A program made the position numbers and the translations under genes. A stretch of DNA of 64,000 nucleotides from Eubacteriales bacterium (GTDB taxonomy: Bacteria > Bacillota > Clostridia > Oscillospirales > UBA644), in contig JAZSMD010000012.1 in assembly GCA_045535665.1 (NCBI GenBank), forward strand, positions 4,451 through 68,450. The letters run 5' to 3'. Numbering within the stretch: position 1 is the first letter of the stretch; each line of letters opens with the position of its first letter. The notes under the pieces were generated by a model. The model did not search any database, was not told where the DNA came from, and was given only the letters and a program-made list of their open reading frames with translations. This document shows positions 35,060 to 44,431 of the stretch, in pieces.

Positions 35060-35091
35060 CCCCAACTTGTTTTGAAACAGGTTGGGGTTTT
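35060..35091 (+). terminator. terminator after the interrupted small ORF
   Basis: 12-bp stem CCCCAACTTGTT/AACAGGTTGGGG, a 4-nt loop, then TTTT. Confidence 0.7.
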
Positions 35092-35198
35092 ACAATATTT
35101 TATCGGAAAAAAGAATATAAATCGGAGTTTCTTCCTGTCTTTTCTTCCTTTTCCATTAAAAAATTCTTTTTCTGGATGAATATTTTTTGATTGTGATA

Positions 35199-35227
35199 TT
35201 GACAAATCTTCTAAAATAGATTATAAT
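35199..35227 (+). promoter_or_regulatory. promoter for the rnf operon (TTGACA-17-TATAAT)
   Basis: Full consensus hexamers at 35199..35204 and 35222..35227. Confidence 0.6.
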
Positions 35228-35311
35228 ATAGTTGGCGAATTATTAGTTAAAACATGATGCACTTTCCGTCATGTTTTATTGGTGTTTTTTACAGAAAAAG
35301 AGGTGTTATTT

Positions 35312-36616
35312 TTGGCTTTTACATTTAAAGGGGGTATCCACCCTGATTATAATAAAGACCGTACTTATGCAAGTCCCATTGAAGAGTTGCCTGCTACCGA
35401 AGAGGTTATAATCCCACTCTCTCAGCATATCGGAGCTCCTTGTTCTCCCACAGTTGCAGTTGGGGATTATGTTCGTATTGGTCAGATAATCGGTGACAGT
35501 GATGCAGGTCTTTCATGTCCTATACATTCATCTGTTTCAGGTAAGGTCAAGGCTATTGCTCCGCATTGGCATCCTTCAGGTGTCAAGGTTCAGTCAATAG
35601 TTATAGAGAATGACTTTAAAGATGAACGAGGCGACAGCGTTGTTCCTTACGAGGGTGATCTTGATGATCTTACACCTTCTGAAATTATCGGTTATGCACG
35701 AGATGCGGGTATTGTTGGTATGGGCGGCGCTGCATTCCCTCTCCATGCAAAATTAAAGACTGCTTTCGATAAAAAGATCGAAGTTATTATTATCAACGGT
35801 GCTGAGTGCGAACCTTTCATTACAGCCGACCATCGTGCTATGGTAGAATATCCCAGAAGTATAGTAAACGGTGCAAAGCTTATTATGAAATGTCTCGGTA
35901 AAAAGGAAGCTGTTATTGCGATAGAAGATAATAAGCCTGACGCTATTGCATCTATGACGGTCACGGCAGAAGACAGCGGTATAAGAATTTGTACTTTGAA
36001 AACAAAGTATCCTCAGGGAGGCGAAAAGCAGCTTATTAAGGCGATTACAGGAAGAGAAGTTCCTCCCGGAAAACTTCCCATGGATATCGGATGTGCTGTT
36101 TTTAACGTAGATACCTGTGCATCACTTTTCAGAGCAGTTTCCAAGGGCAGACCGTTAACCAAACGTGTTTGTACTGTTTCGGGTTCTGCAGTTATCAACC
36201 CCAAAAATTTGTTGGTTCGTGTGGGAACACCGTATTATGCTCTTTTTGAACATTGCGGAGGCTTTTCTTCCGATCCCTATAAAATCATTTCAGGCGGTCC
36301 CATGATGGGTTCTGCGCAACATTCGGTAGAGATTCCCGTAATTAAAAATACATCTGCTTTGCTTGCATTCTGCGGCAATGAAGAGTCCTTTGATGATAAG
36401 CCAACTTGTCTACATTGCGGTAAATGTGTAAATGTATGTCCCATGAGACTTATGCCCAATTACATTTATATGCATGCAGAGAAGGAAGAGTTTGCTGAAT
36501 GTAAGAAGTATAATGTTCAAGACTGTATTGAATGCGGTTGTTGTTCATATGTTTGTCCCGGCAGACTTTACCTTGTTCAGGCTATGAGAATGGCTAAAGG
36601 CCATTTGCCCAGATAG
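35312..36616 (+). CDS. rnfC: Rnf complex subunit C
   Basis: FKGGIHP N-terminus, NADH/FMN-binding region and two C-terminal 4Fe-4S motifs (CLHCGKCVNVCP, CIECGCCSYVCP). TTG start at 35312 with GAGGTG SD inferred. Confidence 0.9.
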   Translation: MAFTFKGGIHPDYNKDRTYASPIEELPATEEVIIPLSQHIGAPCSPTVAVGDYVRIGQIIGDSDAGLSCPIHSSVSGKVKAIAPHWHPSGVKVQSIVIENDFKDERGDSVVPYEGDLDDLTPSEIIGYARDAGIVGMGGAAFPLHAKLKTAFDKKIEVIIINGAECEPFITADHRAMVEYPRSIVNGAKLIMKCLGKKEAVIAIEDNKPDAIASMTVTAEDSGIRICTLKTKYPQGGEKQLIKAITGREVPPGKLPMDIGCAVFNVDTCASLFRAVSKGRPLTKRVCTVSGSAVINPKNLLVRVGTPYYALFEHCGGFSSDPYKIISGGPMMGSAQHSVEIPVIKNTSALLAFCGNEESFDDKPTCLHCGKCVNVCPMRLMPNYIYMHAEKEEFAECKKYNVQDCIECGCCSYVCPGRLYLVQAMRMAKGHLPR

Positions 36617-36633
36617 AAAGGAGTGTTAATACT

Positions 36634-37665
36634 TTGGCACAGAGATTTCTTGTAAACTCATCTCCTCATTACCGTTCCGGCGAAACTACACGTACGGTAA
36701 TGTTAGACGTTGTTATTGCGTTGCTTCCCGCACTTGTTGGTGCAATAATATTTTTCGGTTTCAGAGCATTGACTTTGACTCTTGTTTCTGTCGGTGCATG
36801 TATCGCTTTTGAAACTCTTTACTGTAAGATAGCAAAGAAGAAAAACAGTATATTTGATTGTTCGGCAATAGTTACAGGCGTGCTTCTTGCTTTTAATATG
36901 CCTGTTGCCGTTCCTTATTGGCTTCCCGTTATCGGTTCTTTTTTTGCAATTGTTGTTGTTAAGATGCTTTTCGGCGGCTTGGGTAAAAATATCGTAAACC
37001 CTGCACTTGCTGCAAGAGCCTTTCTTTTCTCTTGGCCCTCATTGATGACGACATTTACGAAGCCTTTCGTTTCTCCGTCTCTTCCTATTTTTTCCGATCC
37101 TGTTTTTACTAACGGTGCTCAGCTTTCGGACTATATGGACTCCATTTCTGCGGCTACACCTCTTAAGGTCCTTAAGTCAGGTATGCTTTCCGATACAAGC
37201 ATTGTTGATATGTTTGTAGGTAATACCGGAGGATGCCTTGGTGAGACAAGTGCGGCTCTCCTTCTTTTGGGCGGAGTTTATTTGCTTTTCAGAAAAGTTA
37301 TTACATGGCATATTCCCGTGGCGTATATAGGAACAGTTGCGGCTGTTACATTTGTTTTCCCTTTGTCAGGTGGAAACTTTGATGTTGACTTCATGCTTCA
37401 GTCTATTTTCAGCGGTGGTCTTTTCCTCGCAGCATTTTTTATGGCAACTGACTATACCACAAGTCCCGTAACACCTAAAGGTCGTATTATTTTCGGCATA
37501 TGTTGCGGACTTCTGACTGTTTTCCTCCGTTATTACAGCGGATATACGGAAGGGGCAAGTTATGCAATTCTTCTTATGAATATGTTGGTTCTTCCCATCG
37601 ATAAATTGACTAAACCCAAGAGATACGGAATAGGAGGCGGATATCATGTCGAATCAAGCAAGTAA
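36634..37665 (+). CDS. rnfD: Rnf complex subunit D
   Basis: Polytopic NqrB/RnfD-type protein (SSPHYRSGETTRTVMLDV...). TTG start with AAGGAG SD. Confidence 0.9.
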   Translation: MAQRFLVNSSPHYRSGETTRTVMLDVVIALLPALVGAIIFFGFRALTLTLVSVGACIAFETLYCKIAKKKNSIFDCSAIVTGVLLAFNMPVAVPYWLPVIGSFFAIVVVKMLFGGLGKNIVNPALAARAFLFSWPSLMTTFTKPFVSPSLPIFSDPVFTNGAQLSDYMDSISAATPLKVLKSGMLSDTSIVDMFVGNTGGCLGETSAALLLLGGVYLLFRKVITWHIPVAYIGTVAAVTFVFPLSGGNFDVDFMLQSIFSGGLFLAAFFMATDYTTSPVTPKGRIIFGICCGLLTVFLRYYSGYTEGASYAILLMNMLVLPIDKLTKPKRYGIGGGYHVESSK

Positions 37666-38215
37666 ATCTAAGTCTGAAATGCTTCCTTTAAAACTTACTA
37701 TAATCGTCTCTGCGGTGGTTCTTATGCTTGCAATTGTAAATGAGCTTACGTTTGCGACTATTGCGGCAAATACAGCTGCAAAAAGTAATCTAGCAAGACA
37801 GGAGCTTTTTGTGGATTCAACAGGATTTACCTCAGTTGATTTCGAGTTGACGGCAGAAGAAGCAAAAACTGTAAGTGAAATATATTCTGCATCCGGTGAA
37901 GGAGAAGATATTTTAGGTTACTGTATGAATGTTCTTTGTAAGGGTTTTGGCGGTGATATAGTTCTTATCGTCGGTGTTGACCTTGACGGAGAGATTGTTG
38001 GTGTTCAGGTCATATCTCATGCTGAAACACCCAGTATCGGTGCTGTAGCTCTTGATGAAAACGGAAAACTGTTGCCTCAGTTTGCAGGTGTTTCCGCATC
38101 CGGGCTTGAATCAGTTGAGTCTGTAAGCGGCGCAACGATTTCTTCTACTGCTGTAAAAGAGGGTATTTCCAAGGCTCTTGCTGTTGCTGAAAGACTTTTG
38201 AAGGAGGGTTATTGA
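37646..38215 (+). CDS. rnfG: Rnf complex subunit G (FMN-binding)
   Basis: SGATISSTAV flavinylation motif. Overlaps the rnfD end by 20 nt. GGAGG SD. Confidence 0.85.
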   Translation: MSNQASKSKSEMLPLKLTIIVSAVVLMLAIVNELTFATIAANTAAKSNLARQELFVDSTGFTSVDFELTAEEAKTVSEIYSASGEGEDILGYCMNVLCKGFGGDIVLIVGVDLDGEIVGVQVISHAETPSIGAVALDENGKLLPQFAGVSASGLESVESVSGATISSTAVKEGISKALAVAERLLKEGY

Positions 38216-38216
38216 T

Positions 38217-38843
38217 ATGTCAGATAAAAAACCGTCAAAGGGTTCGTTCTATCTCCAAATAATAAAAGACGGCATTATTTTCAAAAACCCGATATTTATT
38301 CAGCTGTTGGGTATGTGTCCCACACTTGCAGTAACGACTTCCGTATCAAACGGTATTGGTATGGGACTTTCTGCAACATTTGTTTTGATCTTTTCAAACT
38401 TCTTTGTTTCGCTTTTAAGAAAGTTTATTCCTTCGAAAATAAGAATCGCTTCTTATATTGTAATTATTGCAGGCTTTGTTACTATTGTTGAAATGGTAAT
38501 GAAGGCTTATATGGAAGCTCTTTCCGAGTCTTTGGGTCTGTTTATCCCTCTTATAGTTGTAAACTGTATAATTCTTGCCAGAGCCGAAAGTTTTGCTTCT
38601 AAAAATGAACCCATAGCTTCAGCTCTTGACGGACTTGCATCAGGTCTTGGCTTTACTTTGGCTCTTACAATAATTTCGGCTATCAGAGAACTCTTAGGTA
38701 ACGGAACGCTCCTTGGTTACAATATCATGGGCGAAGCTTTCTCTCCTGCATTGATCATAATACTTCCTGCAGGCGGCTTCCTTGTGTTAGGTTTTCTTAT
38801 TGCTCTTGTCCAGTACATCATACAGAAAGGAAAGGGTGAATAA
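38217..38843 (+). CDS. rnfE: Rnf complex subunit E
   Basis: NqrD/RnfE-type membrane protein (NPIFIQLLGMCPTLAVTTS). Confidence 0.9.
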   Translation: MSDKKPSKGSFYLQIIKDGIIFKNPIFIQLLGMCPTLAVTTSVSNGIGMGLSATFVLIFSNFFVSLLRKFIPSKIRIASYIVIIAGFVTIVEMVMKAYMEALSESLGLFIPLIVVNCIILARAESFASKNEPIASALDGLASGLGFTLALTIISAIRELLGNGTLLGYNIMGEAFSPALIIILPAGGFLVLGFLIALVQYIIQKGKGE

Positions 38844-38846
38844 CAG

Positions 38847-39431
38847 ATGCTTAATCTTATAGTAATTTCAATCACCGCGATCCTTATTGAGAACTTTGTT
38901 CTTGTAAAGTTCTACGGATGCTGTCCTTTCCTTGGTGTATCAACAAAATCAAGCACAGCTGTAGGAATGGGTATGGCGGTAGTGTTTACAATGACACTTA
39001 CTTCCGCATTGACTTATCCCCTGTATTGGTTTGTCCTTAAACCTCTCGGACTTGAATATCTGCAAACGATTGCGTTTATTGTTGTAATTGCATCCCTTGT
39101 TCAGATAATCGAAATGTTCTTGCAAAAAAGTATTCCTGCACTGTATTCCGCATTGGGTATCTATTTGCCATTGATCACAACGAACTGTGCAGTTTTGGGT
39201 GTTGCTTTGTTAAATATTTCAAAGGAATATAATTTTATAGAATCGGTAGTCTACGGTTTTGCCGCAGGTGTTGGATTCCTCCTTGCGATATACCTTCTTT
39301 CAGTTGTTCGAGAACGTATGAGCTATGCCGATATCCCCAAGCCCTTTAGAGGTTTCCCCATCGCACTTATTGCGGCGGCACTTCTCAGTATTTCATTTAT
39401 GGGCTTCCAGGGTCTCAAACTTCCGTTTTGA
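38847..39431 (+). CDS. rnfA: Rnf complex subunit A
   Basis: NqrE/RnfA-type membrane protein (ENFVLVKFYGCCPFLGVS). Confidence 0.9.
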   Translation: MLNLIVISITAILIENFVLVKFYGCCPFLGVSTKSSTAVGMGMAVVFTMTLTSALTYPLYWFVLKPLGLEYLQTIAFIVVIASLVQIIEMFLQKSIPALYSALGIYLPLITTNCAVLGVALLNISKEYNFIESVVYGFAAGVGFLLAIYLLSVVRERMSYADIPKPFRGFPIALIAAALLSISFMGFQGLKLPF

Positions 39432-39446
39432 TAGGAGGTAAATGAA

Positions 39447-40355
39447 ATGGATTTTTTGAATATATTAATAACTGTTCTTGTCATGGCAATTCTTGCACTT
39501 GTATTGGGTTTTGCACTCAGCTTTGCAAGTAAAGTCTTTTATGTAAAGAAAGACCCACGACTTGATCAGATAGTTGAATGTCTTCCCGGTGCGAACTGTG
39601 GCGGTTGCGGGTATGCAGGCTGTGCCGACTATGCGGAAAAAATTATTTCCGAGGGCGTTCCCGCAAATAAATGTCCTGTAGGTGCGGCAAAAACTGCAGC
39701 TGAGATTTCTAAAATCATGGGGTTGGAAGATTCAGGTGAGATGGTTCGTATGCGTGCGCAGGTAATGTGTAGCGGTACAAATTCTCTTGCAAACAGAAAG
39801 TATAATTATCTTGGGATTGATGATTGTCTTTCTGTTGCTAAGTTAGGTAACGGTCCTAAAGAATGTGCTCACGGCTGTATCGGTCTTGGAACTTGCGTCA
39901 AGGTTTGTAATTTTGATGCTATCAAGGTTGAAAGAGGCGTTGCGGTTGTTGAGTATGAAAAATGTGTTGCCTGCGGAATGTGTGTAAGCTCTTGTCCCCA
40001 GAATCTTATCCGTCTTATTCCTTTTGATGCAGATGTTTGGGTTGGATGTAATTCTCATGATAAGGGTCCCGTTGTTCGTTCTCTTTGTAAAGTCGGTTGT
40101 ATCGGATGTGGACTTTGTACAAAAGTTTGTCCCACAGACGCAATTTCTGTTAATGAAGGCGTTGCTTCCATTGATTACACAAAGTGTATAAATTGCGGTG
40201 CTTGTGTTGAGAAGTGTCCCAGAAAGATTATCTGGTCAGGTAAAAAACAGATAAAACACGGGGATACCATTGACAATAATGCTGTTCCCAATGAACCCAT
40301 AGAAAAAGAACCCAGAAGGGTTAAAAAAGCAGAACTCGAAGAAAAAGATTTTTAA
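39447..40355 (+). CDS. rnfB: Rnf complex subunit B (polyferredoxin)
   Basis: N-terminal TM, CGGCGYAGC motif, then several CxxCxxCxxxCP ferredoxin motifs. Confidence 0.9.
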   Translation: MDFLNILITVLVMAILALVLGFALSFASKVFYVKKDPRLDQIVECLPGANCGGCGYAGCADYAEKIISEGVPANKCPVGAAKTAAEISKIMGLEDSGEMVRMRAQVMCSGTNSLANRKYNYLGIDDCLSVAKLGNGPKECAHGCIGLGTCVKVCNFDAIKVERGVAVVEYEKCVACGMCVSSCPQNLIRLIPFDADVWVGCNSHDKGPVVRSLCKVGCIGCGLCTKVCPTDAISVNEGVASIDYTKCINCGACVEKCPRKIIWSGKKQIKHGDTIDNNAVPNEPIEKEPRRVKKAELEEKDF

Positions 40356-40460
40356 TAGGGTTATAGCTTATCATAATTTAGTATGTATAGTCACGAACGT
40401 GATAGGAAATGAGGGAAGGGGGATTTTTCTCCCTTCACTCCCACAAAATGAGGTCTGAAA

Positions 40461-40616
40461 GTGAAAAGAACCATACGCTTCAAAAGGACAACTCAACCGA
40501 AGAGAAAAATAAGCAAACGGTGGATCGTGCTTATGATTTTCGTCGGTTTATTGGCTTTTTGTGCAGGATATCTTGCGGTTCGTCCGATTTTTTTGCTTTT
40601 TGGCTTTGTGTCATAA
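40461..40616 (+). CDS. possible small membrane protein (51 aa)
   Basis: GTG start 6 nt after a GAGGT SD. Reads VKRTIRFKRTTQPKRKISKRWIVLMIFVGLLAFCAGYLAVRPIFLLFGFVS: basic N-terminus plus one TM. More protein-like than the listed 40409..40621 ORF in another frame. Confidence 0.3.
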   Translation: MKRTIRFKRTTQPKRKISKRWIVLMIFVGLLAFCAGYLAVRPIFLLFGFVS

Positions 40617-40637
40617 TTTGATGATTTCAGGAAGGTC

Positions 40638-42020
40638 TTGAGTTTTAAATTGAAAGAAAAACGTCTTTCAAAGGATTTTACGCAAGGTAATATTCCGCGT
40701 CAGTTATTATTGTTTACATTGCCGTTTATGGCATCTAATGCTTTACAGGTTTTATACAGCACCATTGACATGGTAATTGTAGGTCACTATGTTGGAACTG
40801 CAGGTCTTTCTGCGGTGTCTCAAAGCAGTCAGATATTGAATTTTGCAACAATGGTTTGTCTTGGATTCTCCAACGGTGGACAGGTTCTTGTATCTCAGGC
40901 TCTCGGAGCAGGTAAGCGCAAGGAAGTAAATAATATAATAGGAACGCTTTTCAGTCTTATTTCTATTTTGGGAATAATCCTGTCCATTATTGTTCTTATT
41001 TCACGCGTGGGAATTTTGAATGTGATGAATATCCCTACGGAATCCTATGATATGTCAATGGATTACCTTGTTATTTGTGGTGCAGGTCTTATTTTTACCG
41101 CAGGGTATAATATGGTTTCTGCAGTTTTGCGTGGGATGGGAGATTCAAAACGTCCATTCCTCTTTATAGGAATAGCTTCTACTGTCAATCTTGTGTTGGA
41201 TATTCTGTTTACCGGAATTTTAGGCTGGGGTGTTGCAGGTGCTGCTTGGGCAACCATAATCGGACAAGCTGTTTCCTTTCTGTTCTCTCTCTATTTCCTT
41301 TATAAAAATAAAGAATCTTTTGGCTTTGACTTTAAAATTTCGAGCTTCGGAATTAAGAAAAAATATTTTAAAATGATTTTTGAATTGGGTTTGCCTATGG
41401 CTATCCAATCCGGCTGCATAAATATTTCAATGCTCTTTGTTAATGCGCTTATCAATGATGTTGGGGTAGTTGCTTCTGCAACCTTTGGGGCAGGTATACG
41501 AATTGACGATATCATAAACAAGATATCTCAAGGTATTCAATATGCGGCAATGCCTATGATAAGCCAGAATATTGCGGCAAATAATCCTGAAAGATCAAAA
41601 AAAGTCGTTTATTTTGCATGGGCGTACTCTTTCATACTTACGGTAATTTCAATAATAGCCTATATACTTTTCGGAAAAGAACTCTTTATGATATTCTCTG
41701 ATGACCCGCTAGTCCATGAGATGTCAGGTACTTTTATCAAAGCTATACTGTGGATGTTTCCGGCTCTTGCAATAATGAGAGGCACAGGAGCCTTCATTCA
41801 AGGTATCGGAAATGTCAGATTCAGTATGGTTTTGGCACTACTTGACGGAGTGGTCTTGAGAATTGGTCTCAGTTGGCTTTTCGGAATAGTTTTTGATTGG
41901 GGCTTTTTCGGTTTTGTTCTCGGTTACGGAATTGCTGCATATGGAAATGCAATTCCCGGATTTATCTATTTTATTTCTGGTGTTTGGAAAAAACGAAAGG
42001 TTTTGGCTGAAGATATATAA
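40638..42020 (+). CDS. MATE family efflux transporter
   Basis: 12-TM profile. N-terminus FTQGNIPRQLLLFTLPFMASNALQVLYSTIDMVIVG is typical of MATE. TTG start. Confidence 0.85.
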   Translation: MSFKLKEKRLSKDFTQGNIPRQLLLFTLPFMASNALQVLYSTIDMVIVGHYVGTAGLSAVSQSSQILNFATMVCLGFSNGGQVLVSQALGAGKRKEVNNIIGTLFSLISILGIILSIIVLISRVGILNVMNIPTESYDMSMDYLVICGAGLIFTAGYNMVSAVLRGMGDSKRPFLFIGIASTVNLVLDILFTGILGWGVAGAAWATIIGQAVSFLFSLYFLYKNKESFGFDFKISSFGIKKKYFKMIFELGLPMAIQSGCINISMLFVNALINDVGVVASATFGAGIRIDDIINKISQGIQYAAMPMISQNIAANNPERSKKVVYFAWAYSFILTVISIIAYILFGKELFMIFSDDPLVHEMSGTFIKAILWMFPALAIMRGTGAFIQGIGNVRFSMVLALLDGVVLRIGLSWLFGIVFDWGFFGFVLGYGIAAYGNAIPGFIYFISGVWKKRKVLAEDI

Positions 42021-42038
42021 CAGAAAGGAGTTTTTGCG

Positions 42039-43388
42039 TTGGATTTTTCCGGATTATCTGCACCTATATATGATGTGCTTGTAAAATATGCGGAATCTGA
42101 GCATTCTTCTTTTCATACCCCCGGACATAAAAGCTTGAAATCTGATGGGGATTTTTTCAAGATCTATGCGTATGATGCAACGGAAATTTCTATTACTGAT
42201 GAGCTTTATTCTCCTGAAGGTTGTATTTGTGAAGCTGAAAATGAGGCAACGAAGCTTTTTGGGTCTTACCATACGTTTCTCTCTGCGGGAGGGGCTTCCC
42301 AATGCGTAAAGGCATCACTTGCGGAGTTTTCCGGGAAAAAAGTTCTTTTTGATAGGAATATTCATTTTTCTGTTGCTTCAGGAATTGCTTTTTACGGTAT
42401 AAATGCTGTTTTCGTTTGCGGAAAGTGTGATCCTGAAACAAGCCTTCCATTGCCTCCAACGGTTGACGATTTTAAAAATGCTTTTTATGAAAATCCCGAC
42501 AGTAAAGCCGTATTTTTAACTTCACCCAACTATTTTGGGATATCTGCCGATTGTCTTTCCGTCAGGGCGTTTTGTGATGAGAATAATTTGACTTTTATAG
42601 ACGATAATTCTCACGGTACACATTATTTCTTTTGTTCTGAAATGAAAAATTCGGTATTTGACGGTCATCATGCTCATGTTGTCATAGATTCAGCACATAA
42701 GACTCTTCCCGTTATGACAGGTGGCGCTTTTCTCCATTATAATAAAGAGATTTCTCTTTCAACAGTACGCCGTCGCATGATGGCAGCAGGGTCAACCAGT
42801 CCGTCATTCCCTATTCTTGCTTCTCTTGATTATGGCAGGGCTGTTTGCTCTCAATATGGTGAGACTTTTTATTCCGATATGTGTAATGTCGTTTCGGATC
42901 TTAAAAAAGACCTTGTTTCTCACGGTTTTATAATTTCAGAAGGTAAAAATACCGATCCTTTAAGATTGTCAATCTTCTTTGGTGAACAGTGTAAAAATGT
43001 AACCTCTATTCTTGAAGCTAATAATATTTACCCTGAAATGACAGCAAACGGGTTTTTGGTTTTTATATTTACACCATTTAATGAGGATTATCATCTGAAG
43101 ATGTTGAAAAAACTTCTTTTGACCTTCGACCCCGTTGAATCTGTTGAAAAGTTTTCCGAAATATTCACTTTACCGTTGCATAAATTAAGTATAAGGGATG
43201 CTTTTTTCTCGGAAAGGGAAGAAGTTTCACCTTTTGATTCCGTCAATAGAATTTCCGCTGAAATGATAGCTTTTCATGAGCCTCCGTGTATTCCTTTAGT
43301 CCTTCCGGGAGAAGTTGTTTCTCAAAAGCTTGCAGAAGTTTTGCATAAGCGGAATTATGGTAATGTGGAAGTCGTGACTGAAAAATAA
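42039..43388 (+). CDS. Orn/Lys/Arg decarboxylase family PLP enzyme (YaaO-like)
   Basis: SFHTPGHK motif and SAHKTLP (PLP-lysine region). Sits immediately upstream of holB, as in Bacillus. Confidence 0.8.
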   Translation: MDFSGLSAPIYDVLVKYAESEHSSFHTPGHKSLKSDGDFFKIYAYDATEISITDELYSPEGCICEAENEATKLFGSYHTFLSAGGASQCVKASLAEFSGKKVLFDRNIHFSVASGIAFYGINAVFVCGKCDPETSLPLPPTVDDFKNAFYENPDSKAVFLTSPNYFGISADCLSVRAFCDENNLTFIDDNSHGTHYFFCSEMKNSVFDGHHAHVVIDSAHKTLPVMTGGAFLHYNKEISLSTVRRRMMAAGSTSPSFPILASLDYGRAVCSQYGETFYSDMCNVVSDLKKDLVSHGFIISEGKNTDPLRLSIFFGEQCKNVTSILEANNIYPEMTANGFLVFIFTPFNEDYHLKMLKKLLLTFDPVESVEKFSEIFTLPLHKLSIRDAFFSEREEVSPFDSVNRISAEMIAFHEPPCIPLVLPGEVVSQKLAEVLHKRNYGNVEVVTEK

Positions 43389-43443
43389 CTGATTTAAGTT
43401 TAGTAATTTATACCGTCGCAGGTGCGACAGAATTGAGATAGTA

Positions 43444-44355
43444 ATGGATACTTCTAAAATTATTGGAAATGAAGCCTTGAAGCGGGAGCTTGAAAAACCG
43501 TTTCATGCTTATATAATTGAAGGTGCTCCCGGTTCAGGGAAAACAACTCTTGCAAATCTTCTTGCCCAGGCAAATGTCTGTGTTTCCGACGGTTTACGTC
43601 CTTGCGGAAAATGTTCGTCATGTGTGAAATTTCTGGCAGATTGCAATATTGATATTAAGAGGATTCCTGCAGATACCGATGTTAAAAATATGCGTTTAGC
43701 AATATCGGATATTTATGTCAGGCCAAATGAGTCTGAAAAACGTTGTTATATAATTGAAGACGGTGACGGATTATCAGTTGCGTGTCAGAATGTTCTTTTG
43801 AAATCCCTTGAAGAACCTCCTGAATTTTCTGTTTTTATAATTACCTGTACTTCAAAGGAGAAGTTGTTGGAAACTATTCGTTCCCGTTGTGTAGTTCTTT
43901 CTCTTTCTCCTGTGAGAAGTGAGGATGCTGTAAAGTTCTTTGAAAGAAAAGAGTTTTCAAAGTATAGTCCGCAGCAAAAACAAGCTGCAATAAATCTTTC
44001 CGAAGGCTTTCTTGGAAGAGCTGTTGAAATTCTTGAGGGAGATTCTTACGATATTTACAATACTTGTGAAAGTTTTACCAACGCATGTCTTGATGGGGCT
44101 GCCGGTGAGGCGATGAAAATTGCTTCATTCAAGACCCGTGAAGAACTTCGTGATTTTGTTCGGACTTTAAACGTTTATATTTCTGCCCGAATACGTAGTG
44201 GCGGTGATAAACGTGATGTTGGAAGACTGTTTGCATTGGGTGCAGCTGTTGAGACTCTCGTTGATGAAGTGGAATACAATATCAATGTGAAATTATGGAA
44301 TGTAGTTCTTGTTATGCGATGTCTCAGAGTTGTTTCTCCAAAACGGGGAATATAA
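43444..44355 (+). CDS. holB: DNA polymerase III subunit delta'
   Basis: Walker A-like GAPGSGKTT, zinc-module cysteines CGKCSSCVKF and SRC motif (IRSRC). Confidence 0.85.
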   Translation: MDTSKIIGNEALKRELEKPFHAYIIEGAPGSGKTTLANLLAQANVCVSDGLRPCGKCSSCVKFLADCNIDIKRIPADTDVKNMRLAISDIYVRPNESEKRCYIIEDGDGLSVACQNVLLKSLEEPPEFSVFIITCTSKEKLLETIRSRCVVLSLSPVRSEDAVKFFERKEFSKYSPQQKQAAINLSEGFLGRAVEILEGDSYDIYNTCESFTNACLDGAAGEAMKIASFKTREELRDFVRTLNVYISARIRSGGDKRDVGRLFALGAAVETLVDEVEYNINVKLWNVVLVMRCLRVVSPKRGI

Positions 44356-44431
44356 TTGTTTCAGGATCCCAGATCAGACTCCGAGTGATTTGGGAAAGTA
44401 CTAAAAATCGGAGAGAAAGATTGGTAAAATC

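Noticed and set aside
40409-40621. Listed 70-aa ORF after rnfB.
   Set aside because: It has no SD and an implausible composition. A different frame with a GTG start and SD gives a cleaner small membrane protein, and even that is only low confidence.
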